A model generated the notes under the pieces. It was not told the origin of the DNA. It saw only the letters and a program-made list of their open reading frames with translations, and made no database searches. 40,880 nucleotides of DNA from a virus (Duplodnaviria; Caudoviricetes). Shown piece after piece: positions 34,081-40,880 of the stretch. Location of the stretch: IMG/VR virus record IMGVR_UViG_3300032303_000109, positions 1-40,880 of that record. The stretch is one strand, 5' to 3'. Numbering within the stretch: the first letter of the stretch is position 1; each line of letters starts with the position of its first letter. A program made the translations under genes and the position numbers.

Positions 34081-36764
34081 TATGCGGACACTCCAAGAAC
34101 CTGGATCTGATCAATTCTAGGCACCCTATAGGTACTATCTGATAAGAACACAATCTTAATTTGCATTGTATCGAATCCGTCGAACTCCGATCTTGCATTA
34201 TTAAAGTATCTTACAATATTTGTATTATTGATATTATTAAAAGCAGCAGTCGGATACTTAACCACATCTACCTTTAAACCAGACCCCTGAACATTTGTTG
34301 TTTCAATAGGTTTGCCTAATGTAATATCTGTAGTTGTTTTACTCAATACAGTCGCTACTTGATAATTATCTAAAGGAAATAGTGGGTTATAAATTTTTAT
34401 AACATCGTTAGCAGATACGTAACTACCAATCTGATCCGCTCCATTAGCAGTAATTGTTGCGTTATTTAACGCTGCTGTAAATGTGCCTGGTAGTGTTCTG
34501 TATGATTCGCTAAAAGCTGGTATACCTAGTTCATATTCAATAAAATCTGTATTATCATCTGAGGAAGAGTACTTATTAATATTGGATACTAATTCTAAAG
34601 GAGACCATGCTTTATCATCAAAAGATTCAGGATCTTTGGAATTATATAGACGCACATAACAATTAATTTCTGTTCCTAGAGGTCTATAAGCCACCATAAA
34701 CATACGGACGTCTTCAGCTAATCTATTATTACTAAAGTTTACCTTAGTAGAGATATGTTTAGATACTGCTATACCGTTTCCTGTTACCTCGGTATCTATT
34801 AGAATATCGTCACCATCCGCTACCGAACTAGTAACTGAAGATAGATTTTCTATTGCGTATAGATCTAACACTGAGTTTTCTAGAGAAGGTGACGAGTAAA
34901 TCTCGCCAGTACCTAACACACTAAAGTCTGCTTCTACCTTAACTGACTTATTAGAGATCAGAAGATCGGAATTGCTGTATAGAGAAGCATTATTAATTTC
35001 GTTAGTCCGTGATAGAATATAAGCATCGTACTTAGAAATATCTGTTACAGTAAGTCCATTAAGTTTGATATTATCTTTGTTATTGTCTATATATTCAATA
35101 ACACCTGAAATAGCGCCCTTAGAAGCAAACTTAATATTAGTATCAATAATGCCAGTAGCAGGAGTTCTTACACTTCCCTTGAGTCTTACACGATCAACGT
35201 TAAGGTTATCTATTGATACTATACTAGATCTAGCTTGGGAGGTAGTGCCTACAATAGTTTCTGACGTTTGAAATACTACATCACTATTCGCAGTAGAATT
35301 AGATATTACCATCTTGTCATTAATAATATCATAATTGGCAAGTCTGCCCATCGGAGTACTAGCAATATATCTAGCCGCGGTGTTCGAAAATTCTATAATA
35401 CCATTAACACTGATATTAGAATTATTAGCAATCTCCGAGATGCTAACAATCTGAGAACGAACACCACTAACAAGAACAATAGGTGAGCCTATAGTAAGTG
35501 TATTAAAACCAGTACCGGAATAACCAGTAATAGTATTAGCACCTTTCACTAGAGTTAAGAAACCGTCTGCAGGTGTTGTGTCCTGATAAACATATTCGCC
35601 GCCGATAAATGTTCCAGAAATTTTATCAACCGTTAAAAATTCGTAGTTTTTATTTACGAATATTTTCTTATCATTCGATACAACGTATTTGGCACATCTA
35701 GCGTTAAATTTAATATCTGTATCCGAAATCGCATTGAAGACGCCTGCGTTTGTTCTACGGAACAGCTTGCCGTCTTTATTAGAATTGCTACCGGCTGATG
35801 GTGTGTTTGTGCCTACTAACTTATCACCAACTTTATTAGACCAAAGTTCATAACCTGGATCTTCGAATATGATAACAATACCATAAAATTTACCTGTCGC
35901 TAGTTTCAGGGGCTCTCTAAAACCAAACGTGGTTGAAGAAGAGGCATCCGCATAGGAATAAACCATTCCGTATTGTTTGTAGGTTAGTGACTGTGTGTAT
36001 GTTTTAGATAATACAGGACTATCGTTTTCTACTTCACAGATAGCAACTGTTACACCAGCGTTGGAAATACCGGAAGCGTTATTTGTTTGACTAGGTTTTC
36101 TTTTAAAGAAAAGATCTATGGAAGTAAGTGCGATCTCTCCGGTATTGCCCACTGATTCAGGATCCGCATAGAATGTCTGAATATAAGAATAGCTAGGAGG
36201 TGTAAAATAAGGACCTTGTAGAGCTTGCTTAGAAACTTCAGTATAAGAAATAGTAGAAGCAACATCCGTAACAGAAGGTTTTTTCTTAGTAAGTATTTGT
36301 GCTTCTTCCCAAGCATATCTTGGCAATGTTAATTGAATCTCTGCTACTGAAGATTCGTCGGAAGATACGATTTTAAGCGTCTTCGTACCTGCAATCATAG
36401 CGGCTTCAGCCGCAGCTACTTCAACAGGTGTTGTAGGTGTAATTGTAGATTGGTAATAAAATGTAAAAGAGATACTACCTTCATGAAAAAGATAGTTAGA
36501 CACTGATGAGACGAGTCCTTCACCAATATTAGTGCCTTGTTGTTTACAACGGTTAGTAACATCGATACCGTTGAAATACACTCTATGAACTGTATTAGGC
36601 TTTAGACCCGTCACATTTAAATCTATAGCTTGCTCTAATGCGACAAAGCTATTTCTTGCATCGCTTGACACAAGAAAAGCAGAAGGGGAGCTAATACTAA
36701 CAAGTCCCAACTTTGTCGGATATCTTAAAGAACGCGAAATAAGATAATTTGGTCCATAACCCAT
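34080..36764 (-). CDS. VrlC/DUF4815-like baseplate structural protein, C-terminal part
   Basis: GLKPNT...YFNG, QTFYAD, LTSIDLFFK.K, TTF.F.EP..L, DIKF, SKHIS.KV, F.EYE, FDTMQIKIV.LS....VPRI. Own SD AAGGA. Confidence 0.75.
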   Translation of the reverse strand: MGYGPNYLISRSLRYPTKLGLVSISSPSAFLVSSDARNSFVALEQAIDLNVTGLKPNTVHRVYFNGIDVTNRCKQQGTNIGEGLVSSVSNYLFHEGSISFTFYYQSTITPTTPVEVAAAEAAMIAGTKTLKIVSSDESSVAEIQLTLPRYAWEEAQILTKKKPSVTDVASTISYTEVSKQALQGPYFTPPSYSYIQTFYADPESVGNTGEIALTSIDLFFKRKPSQTNNASGISNAGVTVAICEVENDSPVLSKTYTQSLTYKQYGMVYSYADASSSTTFGFREPLKLATGKFYGIVIIFEDPGYELWSNKVGDKLVGTNTPSAGSNSNKDGKLFRRTNAGVFNAISDTDIKFNARCAKYVVSNDKKIFVNKNYEFLTVDKISGTFIGGEYVYQDTTPADGFLTLVKGANTITGYSGTGFNTLTIGSPIVLVSGVRSQIVSISEIANNSNISVNGIIEFSNTAARYIASTPMGRLANYDIINDKMVISNSTANSDVVFQTSETIVGTTSQARSSIVSIDNLNVDRVRLKGSVRTPATGIIDTNIKFASKGAISGVIEYIDNNKDNIKLNGLTVTDISKYDAYILSRTNEINNASLYSNSDLLISNKSVKVEADFSVLGTGEIYSSPSLENSVLDLYAIENLSSVTSSVADGDDILIDTEVTGNGIAVSKHISTKVNFSNNRLAEDVRMFMVAYRPLGTEINCYVRLYNSKDPESFDDKAWSPLELVSNINKYSSSDDNTDFIEYELGIPAFSESYRTLPGTFTAALNNATITANGADQIGSYVSANDVIKIYNPLFPLDNYQVATVLSKTTTDITLGKPIETTNVQGSGLKVDVVKYPTAAFNNINNTNIVRYFNNARSEFDGFDTMQIKIVFLSDSTYRVPRIDQIQVLGVSA

Positions 36765-36786
36765 TTAATTTTTTCCTTGAAGTATA

Positions 36787-39700
36787 TTACTTATGACGCC
36801 ATAGTGGGTCTGTTAGATATTCGTAATCTTCTCGAAGACTTACGCCTAAACCACTATATGTTAGTTTATAGTTAGTAGTATTAATAGCGGCTAATTGATT
36901 AACTGTTGTGTCTGTTGGATAGAATAATTTATATCCGAAGGTTCCGGCAGCCCCTCTATTAAGATCAAAGAGACCTCCATGACGTCCACCTTTATATATT
37001 CTAATCTTATAATACATACCCAGATCTGGATTGTGAGTCCACAATAACTTAAACTGATCTTCTAACCAAGTACCCCATGAAGTACTATATGGATTAGACA
37101 TTCTTTGTAGACTGCCTGTATGCTCTATGTCTCTGCCACCGTTTAAGTAGAGTTGCTTAGTACCAACATCAGTAGATGTTATAGGCAATGCTGAAGCACT
37201 ACTAATCGTTTGTGTCCATGGTCCATTAGTATTTCTAGACTGGAAGATTTCTGCACCGATTCTGTTATTCTTTGAGTTGATATAAAATTCTACTGGACCT
37301 GTCAGCGAGGAGAAGGTATAGAAGAATTCTTCAAAAACATATCCGCTATCATCACGGGAATTACTTCTTTGTTCCTGTACTACATTAGTGACAATTTGAA
37401 CTACTGTAGGTTCAACTGGTGCAACTTCTACAGCACCATCAGTAGCTCTTGTCTGGGAAACTAGAGTTTTTTCGACATATGGTAACGAGTGAGCATCTGT
37501 GCCAGAATTACTTAGTCCAATATTAATTTCGTTAACTAGTGGTGATAAGTAACCATCAACAATAGTAGCACTATAATGTGGATTGGATACGTCAGAATAT
37601 GTGTAATCTTCAAAACCGTCTACAAAGAAACCAAACTTGAAACGATCTGCACCATCATAGCCAGGAATAGATCTTTTTTGTGCTATTGTTTCAGTTAAGG
37701 ACAATGAAGTATAATATTCTAAATCGTCAATTCTTCTCTCTAACTTACCAATATCCTGCATAGTATAGTTGCGAGGTTGTAGAGCATTACGATCTGTTAC
37801 ACCTAATGGTGTCGCCACGCGATAATTGTTTAGTCTGTGTGTTGTGTATTTTTCGTTAGCAATCTTAGTATCTGCAAATGCCGTTGTGTTTGCTGACAAC
37901 ACAAAAGGTTGTGAAGGATATGCTGGAATGTTTAGTATGTTAATCGTTAGAGCGTTTTCTGGAGAAGGCGGAGCCTCGTTAGAACCAGGAGTACCTTTAA
38001 TTACACGGAACTGATTTGACGTATCTATGATAACTCTATCTGTTCTGCCAACATAATTAGTGATCGTGGCAGATAATTCCGAATCAGGTACAGGAAATTT
38101 CTTATCATCTCCTGAGAAAGCATTTGAATATGATAGCTCGGCTGGATTGATAGGAGCTGTTGCAAAATTAGCCGCAGTAACAGGTGTTGCAGTTGTATTT
38201 GAGTTTGGTCTAATATCAAATTGATCCCGAAGGTCGTAATAGTTACCTCTATTACCATATACCTCTGGAATTTCTAATGTATTAATAGTACCTGTAGAAG
38301 AAGCTAAAGATATACCATCATTTAAAGGATATGTACCAGAACCTCCTGGTGCCTTTAAACCTCCAGTAGCATTATGAGTGAAGTAATCAAAATCAACTAG
38401 AAGAAAATCTGTAGATTGTAATGTTATGTTTGCTTTTGGTTTTAGATATAGGTACGACATTCCATAATAATCTTCTGTTTGATTATGATCAATATAGAAG
38501 TTTTGAGTCACATCTTGTCCTGTCGAAGGACCGAAGGTCCCATCTGTACCTAAATAAACTGTGTTAAGTCTAAAGACATCAGATACCCCTAGAGCCCAAG
38601 GACCTATAGTTGTGTCAGCATTATTGCTTAGACGCAATCTAACCATTCTATGTCTGTTAACAGTCTTAGCCACCGGCGTGATATTAGCTTGTTTCGCATT
38701 ATAGGTAACAGCCGCAGATACGCTTGGAGAAATTGCGCCCATGTTAATAGTGAGTAGTTTGCGTGACGTGTTAGTTGCTACAGTAACTCGATCCATAGGT
38801 ATAGGAACGTTTGCTGGATAACCTAATGTAAATGTATTAGCAGTAGCGAGGAACACCGCATTACTCATTAGCGTAGCGAAGGTATTGTTGCTAACAGACT
38901 TAATCTGTGCATAACCAAGCACACCAACTTTAATATAATCCCCTGCAGAGATATCTGTTAAGAAGCGATTAGTTGCAGGATTAGTACCAATCAGGCTTGT
39001 TGAAGTTGTATTGCAGCTAACAGGTCCACCTAATGTAACGCTACTAGCAGTGTTAGCTAGCGGAACAATAATAATATCTCTCTCTTGTGTAGAAGAAAGT
39101 GTACCTGCATAAGGGAATATGTCGCTACCAGATGAAGCTAACGCAATAGTAATAACACCGCCTGTAGATACTGTATAATTGTTAACTGTGCGATAATTAT
39201 AAGAAACAGCTGATACATTAGCTACAGCCGGATTACCTGCATAATAGATAAGGCTTGAAAGTTGATTATCCTTAATATTTGCCACGCCATTCTCTAGAAC
39301 AACATCGCATATAGCGTATGTATCCTGATCGTAGAAAATAGATTTTACATCCGAGAAGTTCTTGCCAGCGTTCATGTTGATATCAAACAGATATAGACGA
39401 TAAACACAATCTGGAGAACCTGGAACGCCAGAATCATAAATTACAGATCTAATACGGGCTCTACCTACATAAGAGCCCAACCCGGTAGCACTTATCGCAG
39501 ATCCTGCTTTAGAAGTAAGATATGTTCCCGCAGTCGGATATAGGTATACGGTGGCACCTGTTTTAAAGTTAAAATTACCAGCGTATTCTTTAACGTAAAC
39601 ATAATTACCAAAGTTAATAGAGATATTGCCGTTTTCTACCTTCTGTGTATCTGTACCCTTATTAACAGACTGTTCGTAGTTATTAAGAGTTTCTACACGG

Positions 39701-40880
39701 GTGCCATTAATATACCCCGTGCCAGGATCGATCACAATATTAAACTTGGTAGCTTCATCAACAAATGAACTAGCGTTCTTTGTATTAAGTAAAAATGGGT
39801 TTAATACAAAGTTGCCCGCTGTTTCATATTGACGCTGTGCAACATAATTGCCGATCTTATTATAAACAGTTTGTGTGTTTTGCTTATATGGTTGACCGTT
39901 ATTAAATTCTATGATATAAAGCCAGTCGGATCTTCTATCTGCCTCTGCTTTGTCAAGAACAACTAGATTAGGCATTAGTTGTAGGCGGTTAGCGCCTGGT
40001 GCGGTATAGTTAGGTGCACCGGTTGCGTTATCCAACAAGGAATCATCATCATTAGATGTAATAATAGTTTCAACAGTTTCGAAACCTACAGATTTTAGAT
40101 CTGGCATATTATTGTATTTTTCTACAATAACTAGGTTTTCTTTTACACGAGAGAAATACCCCTTCTGGTAAATAATACCTTCGCTAACTGTGATAGCATA
40201 TGTATTACCTATTGGTGTAAACTGTTCACTAGCAACAGTGATATTAGTCAAGTAATTCTGTGCGGTGGCTGAGAATAACTGAATCTGGTTTACTGAAGCA
40301 CTAGGGGAAACGATAGAAATGTTAGGTAATACTGTGTAACCAGAACCGGAATTAACAACATTAATGTTTTCGACTCTACCCAGCGCAGATGTGGTTAACG
40401 TAGCAGAAGCCCCGGAACCTATCTGATTAACAATTATAGCAGGACTGGAAGTAGGTGCTCTCACTGTATTGCCTACAGATAACGCCCACTTAGAATAATC
40501 TGCTGCTTTCAGGTCCACTGCTCTAGGTGTAATTTTCAGCACTACAGTATTAGGCACCGAAACTGTGTCTATGCCTGTAATCTGTACGTTTGCTGTACCA
40601 TCTGATAGATAATTACCAACAGAGAAATTGTTGGCAAAAGCTGTGCCTCCTGTTGTATTTTGTACAGCAATAGCGCTTAGAACGACAACACTATCAGTAG
40701 ATGAAAAACCAGAAGATTTTTCATTAATATTAATCTTTTCAATTTTATTATCTGGACTATAGACTGTTAGGATTTCGTTAGGTTCAAAAGTAGACTGACC
40801 TTCAGCAGGACCGCCTGTCTTAGTGCCGGAGTTTATATATCTTACGAATAGAGTATTAAGATCTGGTCTAGTAGATTCAA
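36787..40880 (-). CDS. VrlC/DUF4815-like baseplate structural protein, N-terminal part (5' end lies beyond the window)
   Basis: Frame stays open upstream of the GTG at 40557 to the window edge (…RPDLNTLFVRYINSG…). Motifs GIIYQKGYF, VGFET.E.II, LLDNATGAPNY.APGANRL, PG.GYING, YRLYLFDI, LRDQFDIRP, YTMQDIGKLERRIDDLEYYTSLSL.E, DRFKFGFFVD.F. Confidence 0.85.
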   Translation of the reverse strand, partial: ESTRPDLNTLFVRYINSGTKTGGPAEGQSTFEPNEILTVYSPDNKIEKININEKSSGFSSTDSVVVLSAIAVQNTTGGTAFANNFSVGNYLSDGTANVQITGIDTVSVPNTVVLKITPRAVDLKAADYSKWALSVGNTVRAPTSSPAIIVNQIGSGASATLTTSALGRVENINVVNSGSGYTVLPNISIVSPSASVNQIQLFSATAQNYLTNITVASEQFTPIGNTYAITVSEGIIYQKGYFSRVKENLVIVEKYNNMPDLKSVGFETVETIITSNDDDSLLDNATGAPNYTAPGANRLQLMPNLVVLDKAEADRRSDWLYIIEFNNGQPYKQNTQTVYNKIGNYVAQRQYETAGNFVLNPFLLNTKNASSFVDEATKFNIVIDPGTGYINGTRVETLNNYEQSVNKGTDTQKVENGNISINFGNYVYVKEYAGNFNFKTGATVYLYPTAGTYLTSKAGSAISATGLGSYVGRARIRSVIYDSGVPGSPDCVYRLYLFDINMNAGKNFSDVKSIFYDQDTYAICDVVLENGVANIKDNQLSSLIYYAGNPAVANVSAVSYNYRTVNNYTVSTGGVITIALASSGSDIFPYAGTLSSTQERDIIIVPLANTASSVTLGGPVSCNTTSTSLIGTNPATNRFLTDISAGDYIKVGVLGYAQIKSVSNNTFATLMSNAVFLATANTFTLGYPANVPIPMDRVTVATNTSRKLLTINMGAISPSVSAAVTYNAKQANITPVAKTVNRHRMVRLRLSNNADTTIGPWALGVSDVFRLNTVYLGTDGTFGPSTGQDVTQNFYIDHNQTEDYYGMSYLYLKPKANITLQSTDFLLVDFDYFTHNATGGLKAPGGSGTYPLNDGISLASSTGTINTLEIPEVYGNRGNYYDLRDQFDIRPNSNTTATPVTAANFATAPINPAELSYSNAFSGDDKKFPVPDSELSATITNYVGRTDRVIIDTSNQFRVIKGTPGSNEAPPSPENALTINILNIPAYPSQPFVLSANTTAFADTKIANEKYTTHRLNNYRVATPLGVTDRNALQPRNYTMQDIGKLERRIDDLEYYTSLSLTETIAQKRSIPGYDGADRFKFGFFVDGFEDYTYSDVSNPHYSATIVDGYLSPLVNEINIGLSNSGTDAHSLPYVEKTLVSQTRATDGAVEVAPVEPTVVQIVTNVVQEQRSNSRDDSGYVFEEFFYTFSSLTGPVEFYINSKNNRIGAEIFQSRNTNGPWTQTISSASALPITSTDVGTKQLYLNGGRDIEHTGSLQRMSNPYSTSWGTWLEDQFKLLWTHNPDLGMYYKIRIYKGGRHGGLFDLNRGAAGTFGYKLFYPTDTTVNQLAAINTTNYKLTYSGLGVSLREDYEYLTDPLWRHK

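Noticed and set aside
40555-40557. GTG at 40557 as the start of the VrlC-like gene
   Set aside because: The reading frame stays open to the window edge, so the true start is outside the window.
1-40880. Stop-codon reassignment
   Set aside because: Core genes are full-length in the standard code, and TAA, TAG (gp13) and TGA (gp15, gp16) all act as stops.

Overview
This window is the late (virion morphogenesis) region of a T4-like myovirus genome, almost entirely on the minus strand. Read from right to left it holds a VrlC/DUF4815-type baseplate protein encoded as two ORFs (the first is 5'-truncated by the window), then about 22 kb of accessory fibre genes, then the canonical T4 block gp13-gp14-gp15-gp16-gp17-gp18-gp19-gp20-gp67-(internal head protein)-(hypothetical)-gp21. 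T4 late promoters (TATAAATA) precede most operons. The accessory region contains two paralogous four-gene fibre cassettes, each a beta-helix protein with a phycobiliprotein/globin-like insert, a small beta protein, a Pro-poor G-[YF]-x-G-S-x repeat fibre and a beta-propeller adhesin-like protein. Between and beside the cassettes are a heme oxygenase, a four-domain glycosyltransferase on the opposite strand with its own late promoter, and a sulfotransferase. Two hypotheses stand out, both inferred from motifs read by eye: (1) a virion-associated bilin system, with heme oxygenase-derived biliverdin bound by globin-like domains in structural proteins; (2) phage-encoded glycosylation/sulfation of a virion surface rich in N-X-S/T sequons. 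An alphaproteobacterial-type host is a weak inference. No tRNA, CRISPR array, intron/intein or mobile element was recognised.
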